Of a DNA stretch of 64,000 nucleotides, positions 41,680 through 51,807 are shown one piece after another (within the stretch, counting starts at the first letter, position 1; each line of letters starts with the position of its first letter). This DNA comes from an uncultured Methanoregulaceae archaeon (GTDB lineage: Archaea; Halobacteriota; Methanomicrobia; Methanomicrobiales; Methanospirillaceae). Position numbers and translations under genes: made by a program. The DNA lies in assembly GCA_963718555.1 (NCBI GenBank), contig OY970361.1, positions 212,059 to 276,058 of the forward strand, given 5' to 3'. Below the pieces are notes generated by a model. That model was not told where the DNA came from. It made no database searches and was given only the letters and a program-made list of their open reading frames with translations.

Positions 41680-42252
41680 ATGGATATCATAGGAAAGGCC
41701 GTATCGGTCCTCATGCACGACGGTGTCGTCATCTATCCCACCGAGACGGTGTACGGCCTCGGAGCCGACGCATTATCCGACGAGGCGATCCTGAAAGTCT
41801 ACGAGGCGAAGAAGCGCCCGCTCGGCATGCCGATCTCAATTGCCGTCTCCGATTTCGACATGCTGGGTGCGGTAGCCCGGATCGAACCGTGGATGCAGGG
41901 GTTCCTCGAGACATTCCTCCCCGGCCCCGTGACCGTTATCCTGTCCGCCCGCAACTGCGTCCCGGCAATCCTGACCGGGGGGACCGGGATGATCGGCATC
42001 CGGATACCGGCGCATCCCCTCGCCCTGCAGCTCATCGGGACATTCGATGGCCCGATCACGGCGACGAGCGCCAACCTCCACGGCGCAAAAGACCCTCAGA
42101 CGCCGGACGAGTGCACGGTCCCCCGTGAACTGCTGATTGACGGGGGACGGCTGCCCGGCATTCCGAGCACGGTGGTCGATCTGGCGGGAAAGCGGATCAT
42201 CCGGAGCGGCGCCGGTGTCGACAAGGTCGCACGGTTCCTGCTCTCCCTCTGA
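41680..42252 (+). CDS. L-threonylcarbamoyladenylate synthase (Sua5/TsaC)
   Basis: PTETVYGL, KKRP, PGPVT, TSAN, PSTVVD. Confidence 0.93.
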   Translation: MDIIGKAVSVLMHDGVVIYPTETVYGLGADALSDEAILKVYEAKKRPLGMPISIAVSDFDMLGAVARIEPWMQGFLETFLPGPVTVILSARNCVPAILTGGTGMIGIRIPAHPLALQLIGTFDGPITATSANLHGAKDPQTPDECTVPRELLIDGGRLPGIPSTVVDLAGKRIIRSGAGVDKVARFLLSL

Positions 42253-42262
42253 GGTCTGTTAC

Positions 42263-43210
42263 ATGTTGCCGGTGCGCCTGCGGGATTTTGTCGAGGATCC
42301 GGACGGCTGGCTCTACGCAGTCTCCACGTACGACAACGATGACCGGATCGGCTGCGTGCTCCGGTACGTGCCCGACAGGAACGGGGAACGGGTCCACCCG
42401 TCGGGCCGCCGCTACGCCAAGGTTGATTTCGAGGAGGCGTACGCCCATATCGCCCGCTGCAAGCCGGCGTACGCCGGCCTCGTCCACCGCATCCCCCACG
42501 GCGATGTGAGGAGGGTGCTCAAACCGGAGATCGAGATCGGCCGCATCGCTGCTGCCCACCCCCGGGTGAGAAAACTCGTCGGCCTCTTCTCCCTCCCGGA
42601 AGGCACGGTCGGTTGCACCGGTTCGCTCCTCTGCGGGCTGGAAAACGAGAATTCCGACATCGACATGGTGGTGTACGGGAAGCACTGGTTCACTGCACAG
42701 GCGCTGGTCCGGCAGGGCATCCGTGACGGGAAGATCGAGGGGCTTTCTGAGGATATGTGGCGGAAGGTTTTCGATAAGCGCAAACCTGAGATCCCGTTCG
42801 ATGCGTTCGTGCTCCACGAGCAGCGAAAATGGAACCGGGGCCAGATCGAGGGCACGTACTTCGATATCCTCTACACCCGGTCCTATGACGAGATCGGGAG
42901 CGCCCCCCCGGGCCGGGGAGCGGTGATCGGGAAGATGACGATCGAGGCGAAGGTGACCGATGCCTCGCTCGCATTCGACAACCCTGCCGTGTACAAGGTC
43001 AGGCATGAAACCGTCAGCAGGGTGCTCTCCTTTACCCACACGTACAGCGGGCAGGCGCTTACCGGCGAGACAATCGAGGCCTGCGGCGTGTGCGAGCAAC
43101 ATGGCAACGAGCAGTGGCTGGTCGTGGGGACGACCCGCGAGGCCCGCGGGGAATATATCATCTCGAAGACGCTGCTGGATCCGAGTGGTTCATCAGAACC
43201 ACGAGGATGA
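42263..43210 (+). CDS. Pol beta-superfamily nucleotidyltransferase domain protein
   Basis: TGSLLCG....SDIDMVVYG signature; stop codon lies inside first downstream repeat. Confidence 0.82.
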   Translation: MLPVRLRDFVEDPDGWLYAVSTYDNDDRIGCVLRYVPDRNGERVHPSGRRYAKVDFEEAYAHIARCKPAYAGLVHRIPHGDVRRVLKPEIEIGRIAAAHPRVRKLVGLFSLPEGTVGCTGSLLCGLENENSDIDMVVYGKHWFTAQALVRQGIRDGKIEGLSEDMWRKVFDKRKPEIPFDAFVLHEQRKWNRGQIEGTYFDILYTRSYDEIGSAPPGRGAVIGKMTIEAKVTDASLAFDNPAVYKVRHETVSRVLSFTHTYSGQALTGETIEACGVCEQHGNEQWLVVGTTREARGEYIISKTLLDPSGSSEPRG

Positions 43211-43388
43211 GAAGAACTCGCCAGAGTTCTTCGAACAGGCCGAGTGGTTCATCAGAACCACGAGGATGAGAAGAACTCGCCAGAGTTCTTCGAAGCAGGC
43301 CTGAGGGGGACGAGTGTCGAAGACGCTGAGGGTCCGAGTGGTTCATCAGGACCACGAGGATGAGAAGAACTCGTCAGAGTTCTTCGAA
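43181..43388 (+). repeat. Three direct copies of a 55-bp double-hairpin unit
   Basis: CCGAGTGGTTCATCAGAACCACGAGGATGAGAAGAACTCGCCAGAGTTCTTCGAA at 43181-43235 and 43240-43294 (identical) and 43334-43388 (2 substitutions). Confidence 0.92.
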
Positions 43389-43418
43389 CGGGCCTGACGG
43401 AACGAATGACCTGCGGGT

Positions 43419-46023
43419 TCAGTTAATCGCAGTACCATTAATCACTGCGCTCTCCGGTACCTCGAACGACTCCCCGGTGCCTTCGATGCGGTACCTGCCT
43501 TCCGCTGTTACGCCGTAGGGATTCCCGGTCGTGGAATAGGGAACGATAAATTCACCATCGATGCTCTCCTGCCGGTAGCTGAAGTGGCGCCCGGTATTCG
43601 TTACCAGGGGGAGACTGATGATCCCCGATCCTCTGATCCGGGCCCCCCGGACATATTCAAAGACCTTGACCCATTTCACGTCACTGGTATTCGAGGTATA
43701 GGCATCATCCGGTGATTCGTGGATCAACCGGTAATGGCGGAGGGCGGGAACCGTTCCCGCCGGCATAACGATACTGGTACTGTAGAGCCCTGCGTGGTAC
43801 CCGGCGGGCCCCGGCATTGTACTGTCCGGCCTTCTGCACTGCATCGTCAGTATCCAGCAGGTCCCCCCCGGTGATCACCGGAAGTGGCGCTCCCGTGATG
43901 GCCGGATCCACATATTGAATCTCATAGACCTTCGTTGCGTTCGTCATCGAACCGTCAAATGTGTGTAACCGCGAGACCATCGTGAGATAGTAATCCTGAC
44001 GGATGAACTGGGCAGGGTTGAATGTTGACGCATTAGCGCTGCTCTGGAGGAAAAACGTCTGGACGAAGGGGCTGATACCGGCAGAACTGTTATCCCAGGT
44101 CGCCATTGCATGGAATTTTCCGTTAATGACATCGTCCATGAGGTAATCTGTCACCACGTAACGGGTGCCGTCATGATCAAGGATGCTGTCTGCCGTGTCT
44201 TCCGATGTGGCCACAAAATACGCAGCTGCCCCGTCCGGCCCCGCAACACCCTGCTGGAACGGATTGGCATTGGGTATCCGTTTCGCAATATACGTGATCG
44301 CGTGGCCGTAATCCCACCACGACATAACGCCATACGAGGAATCCGGATAATGGAAGGTATTCGGATCATAGATCGCGAGGTAGTCCACACCGGGATCCGG
44401 TGTATTGTTCCCCATCCATTCAAGGGATTCCCTCCAGTCGGAGTTCATATTGGCCCGTATACCGGAGACCATGGAGTACGAGAGGGAGACCGAGGTGTAC
44501 ACAAAGAGAACGGCGAGCCCGCAGACAAGGATCGCAAGGGCAATACGGGCATAATCCGCAAGATGGAGAAGATCGGTTGTCTTCTTTGCGGGTTGCACCG
44601 GTTTCCTCCTGGGCGAAACACTCTTTTTCTCCCCGTCCCGGGATCCCGGGGACTGCCGGTCGGGTGATCCCCCTGCCGCTGCCTGTACAAGATCGCGCTG
44701 AACCAGATCAACAACAAAACCAACGCAGATTGCCGAAAGGAGGGCGATATTGATGGCAAGATAGTATTCGTACCTGATATGCTGCCATGTTGAGAGGAGC
44801 ATGACGAGCGACCACACCAGCGCAAAGATGTGGTGCGGGTGCTCGTTCCGGATATTGCGGTAGAGGATGACGAGAGCCCCACCGGCGAAGAGGAGAAGGC
44901 CATAATTGAAGGACAGCCAGGCATGTCCGGGCGACCAGCCCATCGCCTCCAGCACGGTATTTGTAATGGGTTGCTGCCCGAAAAATGCAAACATGCTGGA
45001 AATAAAAAGATCGTAGAGCTGCTGGCTGGCGATAAAAAGAGACGCAGCGAAAAGGACGGCAATCCCGGCGAGCAGGGCCGGGTAGTAGTATCTCCTTTTC
45101 CCCCGGCACTGGCGGGCAAGGTACCAGAGCAGGCATGTCCCGCCGATGAGTCCCAGGTACGCGTAGATGTGTCCCACGGAATACGTGGATAACTCAATCC
45201 CCGGGCTCTTGAAGCCGAATGCGAGGAGGCCGATGATTGCAATGACAAAAGTGACTACGTTTATGAGGAGGAGATAATCGCTGGACCGGCCGCGGTACAC
45301 ATCGATGGTAAACTGGATGACGGTAAAGATCGCGACGATCAGGGCAAACAGGATCATGGTCGGCATCACGAAGAGGCCGAGCAGGTATGCAATACCGGAA
45401 AAAAGCGAGAGCACGAGCGTGGTTTTGTAACTGCTGAACGTATTCAGGTCGATCGCCTTGTCCTTCTCAGACACAAGGGCATAGCTGAATGCGAGGCAGA
45501 ACACGGTCGAGAAAAAGGCTTCGGCGATATGGTGGTCGATATACCCGTAAATGGAAACGGTAAAAAACTGCCCGAACACGATTGCCGTGAACCCTGATGC
45601 GAGGAGCCCGGTCTTCCAGTCGCCAAAAACCCTGCCGGCGTAATACATGACCACGACCGTTGCTGCTGCCAGCAGCGGGGGGACAAGGATCGCGGTTGAG
45701 ATGATTTCAGGGCGGGTGGATGCGCCCGTAATGAGGCAGCAGATCGCGATCAGCATGGGGAACAGGGGGCCCCAGTATATTGTGCTGCCGGTCGGGTAGA
45801 GCGTCATCGGGTCAAACCATGCATAACCGGGGAAATGCGCCACCATCAGTTCCACCTGCCGCAGGTTGTAAAGCGGGTCGTCCATTGCAACCATGGTAAA
45901 GACGTCGGCATGGCCCAGATTGAACAGGGGAATAAGGCGGATCCAGAGGGCAAAGAGGGCACATGCCCCGACGAGGGCTGCAATAACATAGTTCCGGTAA
46001 TTCCTGACTTCGATCTGAACCAT
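43419..46023 (-). CDS. aglB: Oligosaccharyltransferase AglB (STT3); frameshift near 43805
   Basis: DDPLYNLR, DHHIAE, many TMs, WWDYGH, NANPFQ; C-terminal KVFEYVRGA in adjacent frame. Confidence 0.93.
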
Positions 46024-46137
46024 GGCTCCACCGGGATGGTACTACTAAAAATCCTGTCGCTGTCTGGGCGATTCCTGATCACTGTTTGGTGTAAAATTAC
46101 ATAAAGCCGCTGAACTTCCCATTCAGTTATGCAGGGA

Positions 46138-46506
46138 TTATGCGGGAGCAGTCGTACTCTCCGGCAGGAGAACCCTTTCACAGGAATGCGACGGTCCCGG
46201 CCGGTACCAGACCTCGACCGGATCTGCGTACTGGTCCGGGAACCGTTCGAGCATGGGGACGAACCGGAATTTCTTAAGGATATGCTGCATCACGGGTCGG
46301 GGCATGACGACACGTACATCATACCCTCCGGCAAGCCACTGTCGGATCAGGGTCTGGGCGTTGCCTTCGTTCCGGTGCCGCGAGATGATATAGTGGAGGA
46401 CGAGCCGGTTGCCTGCCTCCATCTCCAGCCAGCCGGAGAAGAGTGTGTCGGAAAATCCCAGAGCTTCGCCTTCGGGTGTGCCGGTCTCGATGCGTGTTGC
46501 CGTCAT
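46138..46506 (-). CDS. Hypothetical protein (weak GNAT-like pattern)
   Basis: Preceded by GGAAGTGA SD-like sequence; IISRHRNEGNAQTLI resembles an acetyl-CoA-binding motif A. Confidence 0.6.
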   Translation of the reverse strand: MTATRIETGTPEGEALGFSDTLFSGWLEMEAGNRLVLHYIISRHRNEGNAQTLIRQWLAGGYDVRVVMPRPVMQHILKKFRFVPMLERFPDQYADPVEVWYRPGPSHSCERVLLPESTTAPA

Positions 46507-46603
46507 GTTTCTCACTTCCGTTCTGTAGGGATCATGACGGTTGAAGGTAGTCAGATAAAAGAGGGAGGGACACGGGGTGTGAAAGTGCGGACCGACCGGT
46601 CGC

Positions 46604-46838
46604 AGGGTGGTAGGGGGGTCGGGCTGTGTACTTTTGCTTCCGCTCCGGACGGGCAGGAACCGAGAGATAACGTCAGAAAATCCGGGTGTTCCGGGTACGG
46701 CCAGGCCCCCGGTTTTTTAAAAGTACACCATCCGACCCCCTCCCACCCTTCCGGATTCCAGGCTGGAGATCCGCTGTTTTTACTTCGGACAACTGGCAAT
46801 TGTTTCAATAAAGAGGGAGGAGGGGGTCGGATGGGGTA
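46604..46838. repeat. G-rich motif in three copies (direct-inverted-direct)
   Basis: 46604-46635 and 46814-46838 are each complementary to 46719-46749 (AAAAGTACACCATCCGACCCCCTCCCACCCT). Confidence 0.7.
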
Positions 46839-46888
46839 GACGGGAGTAAAGCCGGATAATCCTGTCCGCCCGGGCGATGGACGTTCTT

Positions 46889-47563
46889 TTACAGCAGCTC
46901 GCTCAGCCTGTGCCCGCCGCCTGCCTCGCATCTCTCCCGGTACGTGCACCGGTTGCAGGGTGCGTTGAGCGGGTGCCGGGGCATTTCGCCTGCTTGCATA
47001 GCCCGGACCCGGTGAAGTGCCGCGATCACCTGCCGCCGGTCCCGGGGCTGGACGGTATGGAAACGGGAGACCCCGTCCGGGATGTACTCCACGTGCCCCC
47101 CGGCCACTTCTTTCCCGGTCATCTCCTCGAGGCAGAATACGATGGCGGCAAGCCGCAGCCGGTCTGATGCGTACGTGCCGAACGGCATTGCGCCGGCCGC
47201 CCGGATGATGGAGACTGCACCGTCGGCTGCAACGCGGTCGATCATCCCTGCCATGCCGTGCCGGTCCGATGCCACCCGCACGTCCGTCTGGACGGCAGGT
47301 TTCCATGCTGTTTTATCACACGCCGATATGCAGATCTCCAGGAATTCCCTCATTGCCGGGTCGACTGACGGGCGGACGGCGGTCACCTCGCTCCAGATGA
47401 TCCCTGCATCCAGTGGCCTGCCGAGGTGGTAGGAGAGCTGCTTGCAGACCGCGTAGCGATCGGATTCGGCGACGGGATTACCCTGTTCGTAGTAAAACCG
47501 GACCGGGCAGGCATGCACCCGCACAAGGTCCGAGATCGTTACATACTCCCCGTGGGACGGCAG
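46889..47563 (-). CDS. Solo Cas4/Dna2-like Fe-S protein with degenerate nuclease site (possible CTG start)
   Basis: TISDLVRVHACPVRFYY, GMIDRV, C-terminal CNRCTYRERC; no CRISPR or other cas genes nearby. Confidence 0.75.
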   Translation of the reverse strand: MPSHGEYVTISDLVRVHACPVRFYYEQGNPVAESDRYAVCKQLSYHLGRPLDAGIIWSEVTAVRPSVDPAMREFLEICISACDKTAWKPAVQTDVRVASDRHGMAGMIDRVAADGAVSIIRAAGAMPFGTYASDRLRLAAIVFCLEEMTGKEVAGGHVEYIPDGVSRFHTVQPRDRRQVIAALHRVRAMQAGEMPRHPLNAPCNRCTYRERCEAGGGHRLSELL

Positions 47564-47746
47564 GATGATTCCTCATACCAGCTGAGGAAACCGGTCTGGT
47601 TAAAGGTATTGAAGCGCAGCCGGTTCTGTGGGCTGTTCGGGATCGACCGGCAATGCACGGTGGCGGGATGTTATGCGTGACCGCAGGTTTATGCCCGGAT
47701 GAAAACGTGCCAACGTTTTCATGCCGGCACGGCATACCTGTTCTCC

Positions 47747-48040
47747 ATGACATCGCAGGAAATATCGGTCAATATTCCGCCTACCCTCGATCCCGTGTAC
47801 AGCAACATGATCCAGATCGCGTACAAGGACGACGAGTTCACCTTCATGTTCCTCCACCAGCTCCCGCAGGTGAACCAGGCGCGGGCCAAGGCCATCGTCT
47901 CCATCACCCCCCCGCACGCAAAGAACCTCCTCGCCGTGCTGACCAAGAGCGTCGCGGACTACGAGTCCAAGTTCGGGACCATCGCCCCCAGGGAGGGCAC
48001 GGGAAAAGAGAGCGTAACCGCGCTCAGCGGGTATTCGTAA
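47747..48040 (+). CDS. DUF3467 family protein
   Basis: PVYSN...DEFTFMF...ISITPPHAK-type pattern ending YESKFGTI. Confidence 0.75.
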   Translation: MTSQEISVNIPPTLDPVYSNMIQIAYKDDEFTFMFLHQLPQVNQARAKAIVSITPPHAKNLLAVLTKSVADYESKFGTIAPREGTGKESVTALSGYS

Positions 48041-48095
48041 TATTTTTCGATCCGCAGATTTTAATAGCGGCCAAACCGATATTGTGGGGTATTAC

Positions 48096-48167
48096 GCCGC
48101 CGTGGCTTAGCGGTATAGCGGCTGATTCGTAATCAGCAGGTCGGGGGTTCAAGTCCCCCCGGCGGCT
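48096..48167 (+). tRNA. tRNA-Thr(CGU)
   Basis: Acceptor GCCGCCG/CGGCGGC, anticodon arm GCTGA-TTCGTAA-TCAGC, GGTTCAAGTCC. Confidence 0.95.
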
Positions 48168-48247
48168 CTCTGACCGTTTGTTGTACTCTTTTTTCGGCTC
48201 AAACTGCTCGTATTTTCCTGATGAGACGCCGGAGTGAATCCAAAAAA

Positions 48248-48487
48248 TTACAGGCAGGGGGGAGGGACAAGCGCACGCTTGGGGAATAACATATGAATAA
48301 GGATGAATGCGGAAACCACGATAATTGCGACAAATCCCAGGATAAAGAAATAGGTCATGGGGGAGATCGTATCGGGGCTGCGGTGCGATAATGCCCGTAA
48401 AATTTCTGCAATCATACCGATCGAAAAAAGGATCAACACCATATAAGCCACCACAACTTCAAAGGGCGGACAATAAGTACGCGACAT
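48248..48487 (-). CDS. Small two-TM hypothetical protein
   Basis: 79 aa with two hydrophobic helices; AT-richer than flanks. Confidence 0.55.
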   Translation of the reverse strand: MSRTYCPPFEVVVAYMVLILFSIGMIAEILRALSHRSPDTISPMTYFFILGFVAIIVVSAFILIHMLFPKRALVPPPCL

Positions 48488-48572
48488 GCAATCAGGTAAT
48501 GTTTTTTCAGCTTTTTATTTCCTTCTAATTATCTGCTTATTTCACGTTCTGCCCTGCCCGGCAGGACGCCCG

Positions 48573-48833
48573 TCACGTCCTGTCGATGATGGCGGCCCCG
48601 AGGATAAGGGCGGCAGGGATCCCCCACAGGGGATTGGCAACAAGAAAAAACAGTTTTACCGCCCCGAGAGCCGTACCGGTCCACGACATAACATTGCCGA
48701 AGGCGATCATGAATGCACAGAAAAACACCGCAAGCCAGAGCAGCATGAAGAGCGTGACACCGATGAGCGCCCCTTTCCAGTTGCCGGCCAGTTCGCGCGC
48801 CAGTTGACCGATCTCGTGCTTTCCGTACGTCAT
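48573..48833 (-). CDS. Small membrane hypothetical protein
   Basis: 86 aa, two hydrophobic segments, 13 nt after PAS gene stop. Confidence 0.55.
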   Translation of the reverse strand: MTYGKHEIGQLARELAGNWKGALIGVTLFMLLWLAVFFCAFMIAFGNVMSWTGTALGAVKLFFLVANPLWGIPAALILGAAIIDRT

Positions 48834-48846
48834 GGTCCGGAAGGGG

Positions 48847-49883
48847 TTACGGTTTCGTCCGCTCGGAGATGTCCCTTACCGTGCTCATCACCGCAGACAT
48901 GCCGAAATATTCCGTTATCCTGCTGCTGATCTCGACCGGGATGGTACTCCCGTCTTTTTTCTTCAACTCGGACTCGAACAGCAGATGCCCCCGTGCAAGG
49001 AACTGCTGCAGGGTGTCCGGCTGGAAGATCGCCACGGGGTGCATTGCGAGTTCGTGCAGGTCCATGTGCATGAACTCCTTTTTCGTATACCCGAGGTACC
49101 GGGTCGCGATCACGTTCGTCTCGAAAATCTTGCCATCCACGTCATGGAGGATGATCGCATCGCTCGCCCCATCGAAAAGGGTCCGGTAGCGGAGTTCGGA
49201 CTCGATGAGCTCGTCCTTGGTGCGCTTGCTCTCCGTGACATCCACGATCGAACATACGATGAGTCCCTCGCGGGTGAGGGCCGCCGTGGCCAGCACCCAG
49301 ATCACGGCGCGGTCCTTCTTCCGCAGGCCCACCTCCATGTCCGTGATCTTCTCGTCCTGCCGGATCTTTCTCATGAACCGGCTCTCATGCTCGCTGTCGA
49401 GCCAGAGTTCCGAGAACATCCGGTTCCCGAGCTCGTCCCGGGGATAGCCGAGGATTCCTGCCGACTGCGCATTGAACGTCAGGATCTGCTGGGTGTCGAG
49501 ATCGAAGGTGAGGATGCCGGCCTGCGAGTTCTCGAAGATCTCGCGGTACTTCCTCTCCTGCAGGATCTGGCCGGACAAGGCGGATATCACGACGCCGAGC
49601 GAGACGAAGACATAGAAGAACGCGATGCTCGATGCGTACAGCTGGATATCGGCAGGGCCGTACAGCCCGACGAGCCCGAGGTATATCCACCCGAGGAATA
49701 CCGTGAAGTAAACCGCGTACCGGGGGAAAAATAGGCAATGAGGATGATGGGCAGGATGTAGAAATAGGGGAAAATGCTGAAGTAGCCGTTTTTTAGGGAA
49801 TATATGGAAACAAGGAGGATCCCCACCGTCAGTAATACCGTGATGGAAAGCCAGAGGGTATGTTGTGGCGAAATGGTTCTCAT
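48847..49883 (-). CDS. Membrane-anchored double-PAS protein with no output domain; frameshift near 49725
   Basis: N-terminal TMs (FPYFYILPIILIAYF), then YREIFENSQAGI...DVTESK and YRTLFDGASDAI...VRDISERTKP stop. Confidence 0.78.
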
Positions 49884-50217
49884 ATCACAATCAGTCCTGC
49901 ATGTATATGTCCGGTTGAACATGGTTCCGGGAATTTCTTATATGTTGTCATCGATTCCCGCCTTTTTAGGCCGGGGGATGCCGCCCCTTATGCTCTTCCC
50001 TGGCAGACAGCTGAAACAGGATCAGGCTTTGCCCGGAGGACAGGTCGTTCCCTGTCGTCCGCCTTCCCGAAACGCACAGGGATATATCTCCCGGAGAGCC
50101 GGGAGCGTGAAGGATCGCTCCCACCGGACCGGTTCCCGGCAGCGGGTTCACAACTCCCGTTGTCGGCGATCGTTGCGTTCGCCGCACCATATCCGCCGGC
50201 AGGGATCGTCCCGCTCT

Positions 50218-50863
50218 TCACGTCCTTCTCTCCCTCTTCTCTTTTGCCTGCGCCACAATACCCGCAAGCTCGCGGGCTGCTGCGGTGAGATCGGGCTGAG
50301 ATACGACCGCCGAGATCACGGCTATGCCGTCCGCCCCTGCATCGATCGCCCGGCCGGCATTGCCCGGCCCTATCCCCCCGATGGCGATGACAGGGATCCC
50401 GACCGCTGACCGGATCTCCTGAAGAAGACGAAGGCCGTGCCCGGGCCCGGCGTTGCTCTTGGAGCCCGTGGAGAAGGTGGGACTGAGCGCAACATAGTCA
50501 GCCCCGCTCTGCTCGGCGTCCACTGCTTCCTCCACGGTACTCACGGATACGCCGATGATGAACCCCGCAGGCGCGAGCTGGCGGGCCGTGTCGCACCGCA
50601 TATCCCCCTGACCGAGGTGGACCCCGTCCGCCCCGCAGGCAACCGCCACGTCGAGCCGGTCGTTCACGAGGAAGCTTGCCCCCGCCCTCCGGGTGATCGC
50701 ACGGATCTCCCTGCCCGGTCCTCACCAGTTCGCGGGGGGGACGAACCTTGTCCCGGAGCTGGATCACGCCAGCCCCGCCATCGACTGCCTGTTGTGCGAT
50801 CACAGCATGCCGGAGTCCCTGCGAAAGGGTCTCGTCCGTAATGACGTACAGATCGAGTTTCAT
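50218..50863 (-). CDS. thiE: Thiamine-phosphate synthase; frameshift near 50715
   Basis: LYVITD, IQLRDK | VNDRLDVA...[22 protein letters not shown]. Confidence 0.92.
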
Positions 50864-50876
50864 GGGAGTGTGAGGT

Positions 50877-51678
50877 TTATCCTTTCCGTATCCGGGCCAC
50901 TGCCGCGAGGTCCGCGGGGGTGAGTGAGGCCATCTCGTCGAACAGCGCGGTCCTGAAGCTGGCGGGGCCGCGGGCGCCCGCTGCGGCACGCTCGCCGGCG
51001 ATGCCGAATGCGGCGAGTGCCGCTGCCGATGCCAGTACCATGTCCTTCGATTCCGCAGCAAAGACACCGGTCACGGACGCGGCCATGCAGCCGGTGCCGG
51101 AGATGCTGCCCATCACCGGGTGGCCGTTCCCCACGAGGATCGTACGCTTCCCGTCCGTCACGATGTCCACAGCCCCGCTGATGACCACGGTCATCCCGGT
51201 GGCCCTGGCATAGTCCCGTGCGATCTCCACGGGATTGCCGGAAAGCCCGTGCGAGTCCACGCCCCGCACCTTCCCGTCTGCTCCGGCAAGCACTCCGATC
51301 TCGCCGGCATTGCCCTTGAGGATCGCGATCTCGAGCGAGTCCATGAGTCTCCGGGCGGTCCGTGTCCGGGTACTGCGTGGCGCCGGCTCCCACCGGATCG
51401 AGGATGACCGGGATCTTCCGGTCGTTTGCCATACCCCCGGCCAGCTCCATCGACTCGACCTGCACCCGGTTGAGCGTCCCGATGTTGAGGACCAGCGCGC
51501 CGGCAACCGCGGCCATCTCCTCCGCTTCCTCGGCCGCCTCTGCCATCACCGGCGCACCGCCCGCGCAGAGGGTGATCGTGGCGCAGTCGTTGGCTGTCAC
51601 GTAGTTCGTGATGTGGTGGACGAGCGGGCGTCTCTCACGGACGAGGGAGAACAGCTCTGAGAGGTGTTGTTTCTTCAT
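50877..51678 (-). CDS. thiM: Hydroxyethylthiazole kinase; frameshift near 51370
   Basis: [25 protein letters not shown] | KGNAGEI, SGTGCM. Confidence 0.92.
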
Positions 51679-51807
51679 GGGATCACGCACGGCAGGGGCC
51701 ATCGGCCCCGGTATGATCACTAGTGGGAAATTCTTCCATATAAATCCTGATGGGCGGCCGGCCTCATTCCCTTCACCGGGAAGAAGGTCCGGCGAAGAGG
51801 ACCTGCC

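Noticed and set aside
43181-43388. CRISPR array (three direct repeats, Cas4-like gene 3.5 kb away)
   Set aside because: Repeats are 55 bp with gaps of 4 and 39 bp; there is no leader, no cas1/cas2 and no regular spacers
46138-48833. Integrated element at tRNA-Thr or tRNA-Gly
   Set aside because: No integrase and no duplicated tRNA 3' end found in the window
49950-50215. Several short GC hairpins downstream of thiE
   Set aside because: Stems of 6-7 bp are expected at this GC content, share no motif, and lack the GA/GA signature
51679-51807. TPP riboswitch upstream of thiM
   Set aside because: No CTGAGA / ACCTGA core; the gap is short and contains only a TATA-like box
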